A stretch of 60,275 bases of DNA from the NCBI GenBank assembly GCA_003558085.1, contig PWMT01000039.1, positions 1 to 60,275 of the forward strand. The letters run 5' to 3'. Under the pieces are notes generated by a model. That model was not told where the DNA came from, ran no database searches, and worked only from the letters and a program-made list of their open reading frames with translations. This document shows, one piece after another, positions 31,603-41,946 of this stretch. Source of the stretch: Methanobacteriaceae archaeon (GTDB taxonomy: Archaea > Methanobacteriota > Methanobacteria > Methanobacteriales > Methanobacteriaceae). The position numbers were made by a program, and so were the translations under genes. The stretch's first letter is position 1, and the number at the start of each line of letters is the position of its first letter.

Positions 31603-31744
31603 ATCTTACCACTTCATATTTTATAACTAATTATATGTAATCCGTAAATTTAAAAAGTGTTAAAAATAAATTACCTGTTAGATTTATAATTATATATAAT
31701 TATAATTATAATTAGTGTAGTATTTTTTAACTTGAGGAGATAAT

Positions 31745-33697
31745 ATGTCAAAAGATCTGGATGTATTACTTAAAGAAGAAAGGGTTTTTAAACCTTCAAA
31801 AGAATTTTTAGAAGAAAGTAATATTGCCAAATGGATGAAAAAGCATGAAATTGAAGATTATGAGTCATTACTAGAGAGAACTCGCAAAGATCCTGAATGG
31901 TTTTGGGATGAAATGGCTCATGATCTGGAATGGTTTGAGGATTATGATAAAATTTTAGATTGGAAACCTCCTCATGCCCGCTGGTTTTTAGATGGTAAGT
32001 TTAACATTGTTTATAATGCTTTGGATCGCCATATTAAAAACGGAAGAAAAAATAAACTGGCTTATATATGGGAAGGGGAAAATGGAGAAGTGCGTAAATT
32101 CACTTATTTTGAATTATATAGGGAAGTTAATCGTCTTTCCAACGCTCTTAAAAAAATGGGTATAGAAAAAGGCGACCGGGTAAGTATTTATTTACCTATG
32201 ATTCCAGAATTACCCATAGCCATGTTAGCCTGTGCTAGGATTGGAGCAGTTCATAGTGTAGTTTTTTCTGGTTTCTCAGCCAAAGCATTTCAGGATAGGT
32301 CATATGACGCACAATCTAAAGTTGCTATTACAGTAGATGGATTTCATAGAAGAGGTAAAGAAACAAAATTAAAAGAAAATTTAGATACAGTTCTGGAAAG
32401 TATTCCTTCCATTGAAAAAGTCCTGGTAGTTAAAAATACAGGCTCTGATTTAGATCTGCAGGAAGGTAGAGACTTTTATTGGGATGATGTATTAAAAGAT
32501 GAAAGTCCTGAATGTACCTGTGAAGAGATGGATTCAGAAGATCCTCTATTCATTCTTTATACATCAGGAACTACAGGTAAACCTAAAGGAGTTCTGCACA
32601 CCCATGGTGGTTATGCGGTAGGTTCATCAACCACTCTTAAATTTGTCTTTGATATTAAAGAAGAGGATATATGGTGGTGTGCAGCTGATATTGGGTGGAT
32701 TACTGGACATAGCTATATTGTTTATGCCCCCTTACTTTTAGGAACTACTTCGATGATGTTTGAAGTAACCCCGGATTATCCTGATCCAGGAATTTTTTGG
32801 AAAATAATTGAAAAATATGGTATAAGTATTTTTTATACTGCCCCCACCACCATTAGGATGTTCATGAAATTTGGAGAGTTATGGCCTCAAAAATACGACT
32901 TAAGCACCCTAAGAATTTTAGGCTCTGTAGGAGAACCAATCAATCCAGAAGCCTGGATGTGGTACTACCAGTTCATTGGCAACCAAGAATGTCCTGTTAT
33001 GGATACCTGGTGGCAAACAGAAACCGGGATGCATATAATAACACCTCTTCCCATATCGAACTTAAAACCAGGATCTGCAGGTAAACCATTCCCTACTATC
33101 GAGGCTGAAATTAAAGACGATGCAGGAAATGTATTACTAGAAGAAGGAGGACATTTAACCATTAAAACACCATGGCCTGCCATGTTTAGAACACTATATA
33201 AAGAGCCTGAACGCTTTGTGGATGCATACTGGAGCAAGTATCCAGGAATCTATTTAAGTGGTGATGTAGCCCATGTAGATAAAGAAGGATACTATTGGAT
33301 TCAGGGAAGAGAAGATGATGTTTTAAATGTAGCTGGTCATAGAATTGGTACAGCTGAAGTAGAATCTGCCCTGGTAAGTCATAATGCAGTAGTGGAATCT
33401 GCAGTAGTAGGAAAACCAGATCCACTTAAAGGTGAAGAAATATCAGCATTTGTGATCTTAAAACAAAGCTTCACTGCAGACGATGAATTAAAGAATAAGC
33501 TCAGAAGTCACGTAAGAAGTGAAATAGGGCCCATAGCCAGTCCTTCATATATTAATTTCGTGGATGACCTCCCTAAAACTCGCTCTGGAAAAATTATGAG
33601 AAGAGTTATAAAAGCTAAAGTTAAAGGCGAGGATGTAGGCGATACCAGTACACTAGCAAATCCAGAATCGGTGGATGGCTTAGATAAAGCCATTTAA
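31745..33697 (+). CDS. acs: Acetyl-CoA synthetase (AMP-forming)
   Basis: YTSGTTGKPKG, ADIGWITGH, SVGEPIN, DTWWQTETG and LPKTRSGKIMRR. Confidence 0.95.
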   Translation: MSKDLDVLLKEERVFKPSKEFLEESNIAKWMKKHEIEDYESLLERTRKDPEWFWDEMAHDLEWFEDYDKILDWKPPHARWFLDGKFNIVYNALDRHIKNGRKNKLAYIWEGENGEVRKFTYFELYREVNRLSNALKKMGIEKGDRVSIYLPMIPELPIAMLACARIGAVHSVVFSGFSAKAFQDRSYDAQSKVAITVDGFHRRGKETKLKENLDTVLESIPSIEKVLVVKNTGSDLDLQEGRDFYWDDVLKDESPECTCEEMDSEDPLFILYTSGTTGKPKGVLHTHGGYAVGSSTTLKFVFDIKEEDIWWCAADIGWITGHSYIVYAPLLLGTTSMMFEVTPDYPDPGIFWKIIEKYGISIFYTAPTTIRMFMKFGELWPQKYDLSTLRILGSVGEPINPEAWMWYYQFIGNQECPVMDTWWQTETGMHIITPLPISNLKPGSAGKPFPTIEAEIKDDAGNVLLEEGGHLTIKTPWPAMFRTLYKEPERFVDAYWSKYPGIYLSGDVAHVDKEGYYWIQGREDDVLNVAGHRIGTAEVESALVSHNAVVESAVVGKPDPLKGEEISAFVILKQSFTADDELKNKLRSHVRSEIGPIASPSYINFVDDLPKTRSGKIMRRVIKAKVKGEDVGDTSTLANPESVDGLDKAI

Positions 33698-33702
33698 ACC
33701 CT

Positions 33703-33721
33703 TATTTTTTTTTTTATTTTT
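33703..33721 (+). terminator. Oligo-T terminator between convergent acs and the dUTPase-family gene
   Basis: T-tract (TATTTTTTTTTTTATTTTT) immediately after the acs stop. Confidence 0.5.
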
Positions 33722-33722
33722 A

Positions 33723-34178
33723 TTATTCTAATTCCTGATAACTGCCCTTATATTCTCCAGATCCTTTAACTTTAAATACCACTCCTTGGGCTACAGCTTC
33801 TCCTTGCTTTAGAGTATATGTAAATTCACCATAATTATAAAGCAAGAACTTTAATGTTCCATAGAATCCAGGATCTCCCACGGCAGTATGTATTGCTATG
33901 AATGATCTTAGAAGTGTTGAACGGGGAAGATAAAGCATGGAATAACCTTTAGGAATTTTAATTTTCCTATCAATGGTTACCAAATAGGCAGTTTTAGGTT
34001 GCAGCAGATAAAGAGGAGGTTCTAATTTTTCCAGTTCAGGTAACTTCTTTTTGTTTTCAAGGAGTGCACCAGGTCCACTTTGAATATATATTTCATCTAC
34101 AGGAAGATCAATTCCTGAAGGCTGCACTTGTTCCTTAAAATTTGGAAATAATTTTATAAGTTCTCTCTCACCAATCAT
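33723..34178 (-). CDS. dUTPase / dCTP deaminase family protein (archaeal dUTPase-like)
   Basis: QVQPSGIDL, PRSTLLR, DPGFYG, AQ.V.F and Y.GSYQ motifs. Confidence 0.85.
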   Translation of the reverse strand: MIGERELIKLFPNFKEQVQPSGIDLPVDEIYIQSGPGALLENKKKLPELEKLEPPLYLLQPKTAYLVTIDRKIKIPKGYSMLYLPRSTLLRSFIAIHTAVGDPGFYGTLKFLLYNYGEFTYTLKQGEAVAQGVVFKVKGSGEYKGSYQELE

Positions 34179-34334
34179 GATTTTCCTCTACTAATAGCTA
34201 TGATAACCATTTATTAACATAAAATAAATAAGCTTTAAGAAATAAACCTGAAAGAATATAATTAATCAAAATTTTAATCTGTGATCAAATATTTGGCTTG
34301 TAAGCTGAGTTATCCCGTAAATTCTATTTAGTTC

Positions 34335-34844
34335 TTATTGAAGTTTTTTTAAGGAAGCTGCGATAAATTCAGGTATGTCTCCTGGATAACGGCTGGAAAC
34401 TAGGTTATCATCTTCAACCAGACTTTGATCTAAATACTCTGCTCCAGCATTTACAATATCCTGTTTTATAGATTTCCAACCTGTAATTTTACGATTCTGA
34501 AGGACTTTTGCAGTTATTAGAAGTTGTGGCGCATGACAAATAGCAAATACTGGTTTTCCACTATTAACAAATTTTCTAGTAAACTCGACAACTTTTTCAT
34601 TCACTCTGAGCAAATCCGGTGAGAAACCTCCCGGTATAAACAATGCATCGAATTCTTCCACCGATACCTGATCTATGCCATGATCGATTAAAACTTCCAC
34701 ATCATTTTTTTTACCTTGAACCATGTTTCCTTCTTCCAAACCGATATGAACCAGTTTATGGCCCTCATTTTCAAAAGCAGCAGCAGGCTTACTATATTCC
34801 ACATCTTCAAATAAATCATGGATTAAAACTGCAATCACACTCAT
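34335..34844 (-). CDS. PfpI/DJ-1 family protein (type 1 glutamine amidotransferase-like)
   Basis: FEDVEY, IPGGFSPD.LR, AICHAP nucleophile elbow and VSSR.P.D. Confidence 0.9.
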   Translation of the reverse strand: MSVIAVLIHDLFEDVEYSKPAAAFENEGHKLVHIGLEEGNMVQGKKNDVEVLIDHGIDQVSVEEFDALFIPGGFSPDLLRVNEKVVEFTRKFVNSGKPVFAICHAPQLLITAKVLQNRKITGWKSIKQDIVNAGAEYLDQSLVEDDNLVSSRYPGDIPEFIAASLKKLQ

Positions 34845-34949
34845 TTGATCACCAATTATAATATTTGTAAATTAAGTTTAAAGTAAATTTTTAATTACTA
34901 AAAGTCATAGTATACTTAACTGTAAAAATTTAATTAAAAGAGTGATAAA

Positions 34950-35135
34950 ATGCCTGTAATCCATATAGATAGTAATGAATTATCTCGAGCACAAAAAAGA
35001 GAACTTGTAAAGTCCATCACCAAAATTACAAGTAAAGTAACCGGCCTTCCAGAAAATACCATAACTATAATTATTCGAGAAGTGCCTACAGAAGATGTGG
35101 GAGTGGCTGGAATGTTACTCTGTGATAGAGAATAA
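34950..35135 (+). CDS. 4-oxalocrotonate tautomerase family protein (DmpI-like)
   Basis: Catalytic Pro1 (MPVI), QKRELV..IT, I.IIIRE and VGVAG; 61 aa; GTGA RBS. Confidence 0.85.
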   Translation: MPVIHIDSNELSRAQKRELVKSITKITSKVTGLPENTITIIIREVPTEDVGVAGMLLCDRE

Positions 35136-35329
35136 GTTTATTAAAAAAAAGCAATAATTAAATCTATAATATTAATTTAAACCTTAAGTTCTTTTTTTTT
35201 TAGGGTAAATATCATATTCTAAATTTAATAAACTATTTTTTTCCCCGAAAAATCTACTGCAAATACTTGAGTTTATTCTGATTTCGAATCTATTTAGGGG
35301 GTTTTTAACTGGAGATAGATAAAAATTCA

Positions 35330-36010
35330 ATGGAAAAGGTAAAAAATCATTTTGAAAATGAAGCTGAGGAATATGATAAGCTTATACTTACTTTAATTCC
35401 TTATTATCAAGAAATGACTGATGCTTTAATGTTATCCTTACCCTTTAAATCCCAAGAAAATATAAGGGTTCTTGATTTAGGTTGTGGTACAGGTAATATT
35501 TCCGCAAAAATAAAGAAAAGATTCCCCAATGCTCGAATAACTTGCGTGGACATGGCAGATAAGATGATTAAAAGAGCGCAGCATAAACTAAAAAACTATA
35601 CAGACATCTCCTTTAAATTATCAAATTTTCAAAAATTAGAGATAGATGAGCAATATGATGCCATTATTTCTTCACTAGCTTTGCATCATCTGGAAAATAA
35701 TGAAGCTAAATTCAAATTCTATGAATTCATTTACCAATCTTTAAAAATAGGTGGTGTATTTTATAATGCTGATATAGTTTTAGGCTCGAGTCTTTATTTA
35801 CAGGATATTTATCTAGATAAATGGGGGGACTTTCTAAGAAAAAAGTATTCCAGTCAAGAAGTAGAAAACAAATGGTTGCCAATATATCGCCAGGAAGATA
35901 GACCAATTAAAATGATGACCCATCTCCAATGGTTAAGAAAAATTGGTTTTAGACAAGTGGATATACTGTGGAAGTACTATAATTTTGCAGTATATGGTGG
36001 AGTAAAGTAA
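35330..36010 (+). CDS. Class I SAM-dependent methyltransferase
   Basis: VLDLGCGTG, CVD, YDAIISSLALHHL and GGVFYNAD motifs. Confidence 0.88.
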   Translation: MEKVKNHFENEAEEYDKLILTLIPYYQEMTDALMLSLPFKSQENIRVLDLGCGTGNISAKIKKRFPNARITCVDMADKMIKRAQHKLKNYTDISFKLSNFQKLEIDEQYDAIISSLALHHLENNEAKFKFYEFIYQSLKIGGVFYNADIVLGSSLYLQDIYLDKWGDFLRKKYSSQEVENKWLPIYRQEDRPIKMMTHLQWLRKIGFRQVDILWKYYNFAVYGGVK

Positions 36011-36075
36011 TAATTCTAGAGTTGAATATTTCGCGTTGTTTTTAGCCAATCAGTAAGCTTACATAATAAAAATAA

Positions 36076-37251
36076 TTATACTAATTGTTCAACCATCCAT
36101 TCTGGTCTAAATTCCATTAAGTCCTCATACGACTGTCCGGTTCCTAAAAATAAAATTGGTTTATCAATAACATATCCAATAGAGAGTGCCGCACCACCTT
36201 TAGCATCAGCATCTGCTTTGGTAAGTATTATGCCATCTAAACCTACTGATTCATTGAATTTAATTGCTTGTTCAACAGCATCGTTACCAGTAAGTGAATC
36301 TCCCACATAAATAATTAAATCTGGTTTAGCTACTCTTTTAATTTTAGCCATTTCATCCATGAGGTTTATATTGGTTTGCATTCTTCCGGCTGTATCAATC
36401 AGTACTAATTCTTTTCCCTGAGCTTTCGCATGGGAAATTGCATCAAAAGCTACTGCCGCAGGATCAGCACCTTTCTTGTGTTTAATAATTTTAACCCCAA
36501 TTTTTTCAGCATGATGACTAATTTGTTCTATAGCTCCCGCACTGAATGTATCTGAGGCTGCAATCACTGGTTTGTATCCTTTATTTAAGAAGAAATTAGA
36601 AAACTTGGCAATAGTGGTTGTTTTGCCTGTACCATTAATACCTACAAACATTATGATTAAAGGCTCACCTTTAGAATTCTTCTCTTGAATTAAATCATCG
36701 ATATCTTCACTTTCCACATCTAAAATAGTTGAAATAGCATTTTTAAGAGCTTTACGAGTGTATTTTTCAACATCACTACTTCTTTTTATTTTTTTAACCA
36801 CTAAATCATCTTTTACGGAATTAATTATTTTTTCAGCAACTTCTAAAGCAACATCACTTTCTAATAAAGACATTTCTAATTCCCATAAAATATCATCCAC
36901 ATCTTTTTCAGATAAGGTCTTTTCTCGAATAAAGGAGAAAACACCAGCTTCAGTATCTTCAGATTTTTCTTCTTTTTCAATTTTTTCTGGCTTAGAAGTT
37001 ACCTTTTCTTCTAAAGTTTCATCTTCAGCTTCTTTTCGTCTGAACCTTGAAAAAACAGATTCTTTTTTTTCTTCTTTTTCACTGCTTTCCTCTACTTTTT
37101 TAAGGTCTTCAGTTAAATTTTCCTCAGGAGGATATTTTGAAGATTCCACTTCCCCTTCAGCAATAATATTTTCCTTTTCTGCATCTTGGGAAACTTTTTC
37201 AGTAATTTTTCCCACGGCAGTGTTAATCTTTTTTTTAAGAGCATTGAACAA
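36076..37251 (-). CDS. ftsY: Signal recognition particle receptor FtsY
   Basis: Acidic N-domain, GINGTGKTTT, DTAGR, TKAD and GTGQ motifs. Confidence 0.95.
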   Translation of the reverse strand: MFNALKKKINTAVGKITEKVSQDAEKENIIAEGEVESSKYPPEENLTEDLKKVEESSEKEEKKESVFSRFRRKEAEDETLEEKVTSKPEKIEKEEKSEDTEAGVFSFIREKTLSEKDVDDILWELEMSLLESDVALEVAEKIINSVKDDLVVKKIKRSSDVEKYTRKALKNAISTILDVESEDIDDLIQEKNSKGEPLIIMFVGINGTGKTTTIAKFSNFFLNKGYKPVIAASDTFSAGAIEQISHHAEKIGVKIIKHKKGADPAAVAFDAISHAKAQGKELVLIDTAGRMQTNINLMDEMAKIKRVAKPDLIIYVGDSLTGNDAVEQAIKFNESVGLDGIILTKADADAKGGAALSIGYVIDKPILFLGTGQSYEDLMEFRPEWMVEQLV

Positions 37252-37677
37252 TTATTGTTCACTTCCCTTTACCTTTTGCATGAGTTCTTCAGCTTGTGGA
37301 CTTAATTCCTCGATGACATTAGAAATTTTCTGCAGATTTTCCATAAGTTGATTCATAGCCTTATTCAAATCATCTTTTTGGGCGGCTATGCTTTCGCTGG
37401 CAGTTTCATGATCCTTTTTTATGGCCACACCAGCCCCAACACTCATGATTACTTCATCAGTATTTTTTAATTCCGCATTTATAAAAGAACCAGCACCTAA
37501 TGGAACTAAAGCTTCTAAATCTTCTCCGTTTTTAATACTTTGAAGAGTAGTTTCTAAAATTTCTAATTCATTGATAGATGCTTTAACTGAATCAATTTGT
37601 TGTTGAATTAAATCAGCTTGACTCTTATATACATTCAATTCATTCAAAATCTCCTCTAAACGCTGCTGGTCTTCCAT
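37252..37677 (-). CDS. pfdA: Prefoldin subunit alpha
   Basis: Coiled coils flanking the LVPLGAGSFI...VIMSVGAGV beta-hairpins. Confidence 0.93.
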   Translation of the reverse strand: MEDQQRLEEILNELNVYKSQADLIQQQIDSVKASINELEILETTLQSIKNGEDLEALVPLGAGSFINAELKNTDEVIMSVGAGVAIKKDHETASESIAAQKDDLNKAMNQLMENLQKISNVIEELSPQAEELMQKVKGSEQ

Positions 37678-37681
37678 GGTA

Positions 37682-37912
37682 TCACCTTTTAGATATAGCT
37701 TTAATCATAAAATCTTGAACTTGGTCTAGAGAAATTTCTTCGATTTCTTCGATCTTGATTTGATCTCGACTAATGTGGTGTTTGCTTCCAAATTCTGAAT
37801 AAATTTTTTCGTAAATATCCTTTTTTGTAGTGGCTTTAAGTTCCTTGATAAATGGTTTCATTTCTTCACCCATTAGAAACTTGCCTTGTATTTTAAATAT
37901 CTTGGTTTTCAT
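37682..37912 (-). CDS. rpl18a: 50S ribosomal protein L18Ae (LX/eL20)
   Basis: KIYSEFGSKH.I.R.QIKI motif and operon position. Confidence 0.9.
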   Translation of the reverse strand: MKTKIFKIQGKFLMGEEMKPFIKELKATTKKDIYEKIYSEFGSKHHISRDQIKIEEIEEISLDQVQDFMIKAISKR

Positions 37913-38583
37913 AAATATCCCTCAAGAAAGCCAAATGCTTCTTCAATTCTTGCCATTTCAGGACCGGTAGTTTTTTCACTTACTAAAACTCCCTTAGAGT
38001 TAGCAATTGAACAAGCACCCACCAATCCTACCCCCTGGTTAACAGTTCCCACATCAGCAGGAACTTTAAGTATTTTTTCAATTAATTTTAATTCTTCAGT
38101 ATTAGTATGGGGATGTGCTAATACTCCTTTATTTGTTGCTGTAGCTATAGAACCTACAATATGAAATCCAGCTACAGTTGCTTTTTGAACATCAACCTCT
38201 AGAAATGAATTAATCGTATCTAATGTATCCTCGGATAGAAGAGGACTTACTAGTGCTCCATGATCATTAATTAGCATAATATTACCTAGAGCAGTGTACT
38301 TTTCTGGGATTTTTTTTACTTTGATTCCTGCCTTTTCCAATACTTTGATTTCCCTCTCCAAAGTATAAGGAGAAACTAAAAAACCTTGAGAATTTCCTGT
38401 AGTTAGTGCACCTGCCAGGCTGCTTCCAGCAATTGAAGTGGGTTGGACTTCTATTTCTAACGATTCTTTAATAGTTTTTCGAACCGAATCCTCAATATTT
38501 ACAGGTACCAATGCTACTTCATCTGTGACAGATAGATAAACCCCTAAATTCGGATTTCTATTGAGATTGATTCTTTTGATCAT
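37909..38583 (-). CDS. eif6: Translation initiation factor 6 (aIF6)
   Basis: NPNLGVY, ALGN....ND.GAL, GTVN.G and TTGPEM.RIE motifs. Confidence 0.94.
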   Translation of the reverse strand: MIKRINLNRNPNLGVYLSVTDEVALVPVNIEDSVRKTIKESLEIEVQPTSIAGSSLAGALTTGNSQGFLVSPYTLEREIKVLEKAGIKVKKIPEKYTALGNIMLINDHGALVSPLLSEDTLDTINSFLEVDVQKATVAGFHIVGSIATATNKGVLAHPHTNTEELKLIEKILKVPADVGTVNQGVGLVGACSIANSKGVLVSEKTTGPEMARIEEAFGFLEGYL

Positions 38584-38601
38584 CACTTCACCTAGTCTTA
38601 A

Positions 38602-38844
38602 CTATTCTGCTAAGGTTACTGCTACGATACCGTCTTCTTCAGTAGCTTTGACTTTAATTTTAGAAGGAGGTTTTTTTATTCCCCTTTCCCATAATTTTTC
38701 ATTTACAGAAGAATCTATATTTATTTCTTCGGCTTTCATATGTTTTTTAATAAATTCTTTAACTAAACGAACTGCTTTTGGGCTCCTAATTGTTCTAGGA
38801 ACATTTTTAACTTTCCTGAGTGGTATAACATAAATTCTTTCCAT
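38602..38844 (-). CDS. rpl31e: 50S ribosomal protein L31e
   Basis: [14 protein letters not shown] and [13 protein letters not shown]. Confidence 0.95.
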   Translation of the reverse strand: MERIYVIPLRKVKNVPRTIRSPKAVRLVKEFIKKHMKAEEINIDSSVNEKLWERGIKKPPSKIKVKATEEDGIVAVTLAE

Positions 38845-38856
38845 AGGAACCATCTC

Positions 38857-39012
38857 CTATACCTTTAAACTATTTCTTCTCCAGTGCCTCATTTTAGGAT
38901 GAGTTCGCACTTTTCGGTTAGTTTTAAGCATAGCCCATAATGGGACTCTTCTATTTTGTTTTTTTGCTTTAGATAGTCTTAATTTTTTACCTAATGGTTT
39001 ATTTCTACTCAT
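38857..39012 (-). CDS. rpl39e: 50S ribosomal protein L39e
   Basis: MSRNKP..KK.RL.KA.KQNRRVP.W...RHWRR; 51 aa. Confidence 0.95.
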   Translation of the reverse strand: MSRNKPLGKKLRLSKAKKQNRRVPLWAMLKTNRKVRTHPKMRHWRRNSLKV

Positions 39013-39078
39013 TTTACTTCCACCGATTAAATTAATCAATAATATGATATTCTACTCCTGATAAAAAAGTGACCCACT

Positions 39079-39666
39079 CTATTTCCATCCTATCACTCTG
39101 GTCTGGTAGTGCTGGGGAAATATAGTATTTGAAGTTCCTTTTTCATGAATCTCGTCCATAAGATACCTTACTTCTACTTCATAATCAGAATTATTCTCCA
39201 GACTGGTTCTTTCCCTTCTAAACTTAAATAAATGGGAACCTAAACGGTTTATACTCCGATATCCAAAACCCTGGAGATTAATGTATTCTACATTATTTCT
39301 ATCTTCAAAACTCCTTATTTCATTTAGATGAATTTTTGGTACTTTATCGTCTCTACGAATACCATCGGCCACTATAACATAACTTTCAGCTACTAGTTCC
39401 AGCACGGATCTATGGATGTGGGTTATGCCATTGTGGGGAAAACCATCCGCTAGAATAATTTCTATGGCTTCTTTTATTATTTCCAGGTCTGCGTGGAGAA
39501 TTTTATGTTCAAATCCGAGTAGAGAAGCAGATTCGAAAGCAGGCTTCCAGGATTCATAAACTCCAAAATTTACAGTTACTAGTTCAACTTCTACACCCAT
39601 TCGATCAAGAATTACGGCTATTAAGGAACTATCTTTACCTCCACTATATAATACTCCTGCTTTCAT
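39079..39666 (-). CDS. PP-loop superfamily ATPase (conserved archaeal, COG2117-like)
   Basis: LYSGGKDSS, ADG.RRDD and SDYE.E.R motifs. Confidence 0.8.
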   Translation of the reverse strand: MKAGVLYSGGKDSSLIAVILDRMGVEVELVTVNFGVYESWKPAFESASLLGFEHKILHADLEIIKEAIEIILADGFPHNGITHIHRSVLELVAESYVIVADGIRRDDKVPKIHLNEIRSFEDRNNVEYINLQGFGYRSINRLGSHLFKFRRERTSLENNSDYEVEVRYLMDEIHEKGTSNTIFPQHYQTRVIGWK

Positions 39667-39685
39667 GGTCTTGGATATGGTTTGA

Positions 39686-40009
39686 TTATCTTCTACTAAT
39701 ACTAATTTTTCTTTTAGGACCAGAAACCTTCTTTAACAACTCTTTTAATTGTTCGTCGTCAATTTTAGATTTAATTCTACCCATCTGGGCTAATTGAATC
39801 AATTGTAATTCCACTTGATTTACAAATTCAGGTTTAGTTAACCTGAGATTAGCTAATCTGCTACGAGCTTCTGGTGTTAATATTTGCATCAAAATCTGCT
39901 TTTTCTGCATTTCAATTTCTTGATATCCTTGTTCCTGATTTTCAGTATTAGAAGCTTGCTCTTGTAATTCTTGCATTCTTTTACGACGTAATTCTTCTAA
40001 GTCGCTCAA
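39686..40009 (-). CDS. PDCD5-family DNA-binding protein
   Basis: ILTPEARSRLANLRL.KPE..VE.QLIQLAQ.G; TTG start with GGAGG RBS. Confidence 0.92.
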   Translation of the reverse strand: MSDLEELRRKRMQELQEQASNTENQEQGYQEIEMQKKQILMQILTPEARSRLANLRLTKPEFVNQVELQLIQLAQMGRIKSKIDDEQLKELLKKVSGPKRKISISRR

Positions 40010-40041
40010 TATTAGGCCTCCGAAATTTTATGTAAATATTA

Positions 40042-40479
40042 TTAATATTTGGCTAATTCAGGAATTTCTTTTTTTACTATAAATGATGTTTTATCTAGAA
40101 AAGATCGTCCTTTAGGGGTGACTAATCTACCATCTTCTGTTTTTTCAATCAGTCCTGCCTTTTCTAATTGGTGTAAAGCTCCCCGAATAATAGCTCCACT
40201 ACCTCTTCTAAATTTCTCTGGCCTGGAACCGGAATCTTTTTTACCACCGTATAGTGTTCTTAGACTATTTACGCCCACAGGACCGTCTATGTAGACCCTT
40301 CTTAAAATAGCAGCACATCTTGTGTACCACCATTCAGTATCTTCCGGACGTCTTTCTTTGTGCACACCGGTCTTTACAAACTTAGCCCATTCTGGAGCAT
40401 TTAATTTCTTTTCTTTCTTTAATTCTTTTGCAACTTGATTTATAAGTAAATCTGCAGGGACATCATAAATTGTACTCAT
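40042..40479 (-). CDS. rps19e: 30S ribosomal protein S19e
   Basis: PEWAKFVKTG.HKER.P, WWY.R.A, YGG and GR..TP.GRS.LD. Confidence 0.96.
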   Translation of the reverse strand: MSTIYDVPADLLINQVAKELKKEKKLNAPEWAKFVKTGVHKERRPEDTEWWYTRCAAILRRVYIDGPVGVNSLRTLYGGKKDSGSRPEKFRRGSGAIIRGALHQLEKAGLIEKTEDGRLVTPKGRSFLDKTSFIVKKEIPELAKY

Positions 40480-40490
40480 ATTTAAACTCC

Positions 40491-40757
40491 TTAATTACCT
40501 TTTTTCTTGTAAATTATTGCTACATTTCCTCTTAAATCTACTAGATTAGCATTTGTGTTTTCCAATATTTGGGATATATAGGTTTCTTTTTGTGATGAAA
40601 TATTTCTGGCAAATTTCAGCTTTAAAATTTCTTTAGCTTTCAACTGTCTTTTAATTTCTTCTATAACATTATCGTTTATTCCTGCCTTTCCAATATTAAT
40701 GGTCATGGCAGAAAGGGATTTATTCATTAGATTTTTTTTGGACAAGGTAAGACTCAA
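40491..40757 (-). CDS. YhbY/CRS1 family RNA-binding protein
   Basis: INIGK.GI...I.EIKRQL...E.LK.K and RGN...IY; TTG start with GGAG RBS (alternative ATG at 40727). Confidence 0.85.
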   Translation of the reverse strand: MSLTLSKKNLMNKSLSAMTINIGKAGINDNVIEEIKRQLKAKEILKLKFARNISSQKETYISQILENTNANLVDLRGNVAIIYKKKGN

Positions 40758-41091
40758 TCTTAGTACTCCTTTTCTCTTTTTTTTCCTTTAAATAAGGTAT
40801 TCTCATAACATGTCCACATTCAAGACATTTTAAATGAACTTTACCTTTGGAAAGTCTCACATAACAATTTGCACTGACTTTTAAAAATTTATGACAATTT
40901 TTACAAAATCTACGCTTCCATTTCAATGGCATTTTTATATTATATTTAGTTGATATATTACGAGCCAGCTTTACATAACGATGAGATCTTTCTGGATGCT
41001 CATTGAATTCTTTCTCTGCTAAATTAAAGAGGATATCTATTCTTTCTTTAGCAATTTTAATCATCCATTTTGCTTTTCTTCCTCTACTCAA
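40720..41091 (-). CDS. rnp4: Ribonuclease P protein component 4 (Rpp21)
   Basis: IA.ERI..LF, RYV.LA, CKNC and CLECG..MR.PY; TTG start with GAGGT RBS. Confidence 0.92.
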   Translation of the reverse strand: MSRGRKAKWMIKIAKERIDILFNLAEKEFNEHPERSHRYVKLARNISTKYNIKMPLKWKRRFCKNCHKFLKVSANCYVRLSKGKVHLKCLECGHVMRIPYLKEKKEKRSTKIESYLVQKKSNE

Positions 41092-41308
41092 GCTGAAACC
41101 TCTTGTATTAGACATTATAATTTATAAATCAGAAAATAATACCTGCTCTTTAATGGACCAGAATTTAACCTGATTAAATAGATATCCTTAAGTAAATCTC
41201 GGACTAAGTACAAGAAGAATATTATAACTGGTATGTATTTAGCTATTTAAAAATGTTTTCCATAACTACTAATATAAAACCAGTATACTATTATCTGATT
41301 TATAATTA

Positions 41309-41878
41309 TTATCCTTTATATGATTTTTTAATCAACCAGTTTAGATAATCTACATTTCCTGGTGGAAATTTTTCCAAACCTTTAATAACTTTGATAATCT
41401 TATCTGAAATTTCTCTGATAGTTAAATCAGTGGTGTCTATTTCATGAACTTTTTCTCTGTGCAATGCATAAGCTTCCTGTAAACATACATCTAAAGCTTC
41501 AGCTTCCAAGTTTTCCTGAATTTTTAAAGCTTCATATTTTCTCTTCTCTAATCTAAGTTTTAGAATTTCAGGATTTAATCTTAGAACTATTACTAAATCA
41601 CATTCTGAACAAAGATGGGATAAATGACCTTCTAATATTATTATTCCACTTAGATCTGAAGTTTCTGCTTTAAATTCCTCACAAAAGGTAGCAATATCTA
41701 AAATTTTATATGCTCTGCGAGGATCTTTTTCCTGAAACAAGTTTTTTGTTTCAGCTAGATCATTAACATTTAGTAAATGACCAGATATTTCTTTTTGCAC
41801 AAAACAAGAGGCGGAACTTTTTCCAACTCCCGGGGTGCCAGTAATAAAAACTATTTTTTGCTTAGACTTATTCATCAT
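41309..41878 (-). CDS. Putative adenylate kinase (AK6/Fap7 family)
   Basis: ITGTPGVGKS, EGHLSH, RL..R.Y...K..EN..AE and EIDTT motifs. Confidence 0.85.
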   Translation of the reverse strand: MMNKSKQKIVFITGTPGVGKSSASCFVQKEISGHLLNVNDLAETKNLFQEKDPRRAYKILDIATFCEEFKAETSDLSGIIILEGHLSHLCSECDLVIVLRLNPEILKLRLEKRKYEALKIQENLEAEALDVCLQEAYALHREKVHEIDTTDLTIREISDKIIKVIKGLEKFPPGNVDYLNWLIKKSYKG

Positions 41879-41946
41879 TTTTTTTAATTCAGCATAATTT
41901 AAGCTAAATATAATAAATACTGTTTTTTTACTGCAATTATGGTTAA

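Noticed and set aside
36758..37351. 197-aa plus-strand ORF
   Set aside because: Ser/Phe-rich antisense shadow of the Glu/Lys-rich ftsY N-terminus.
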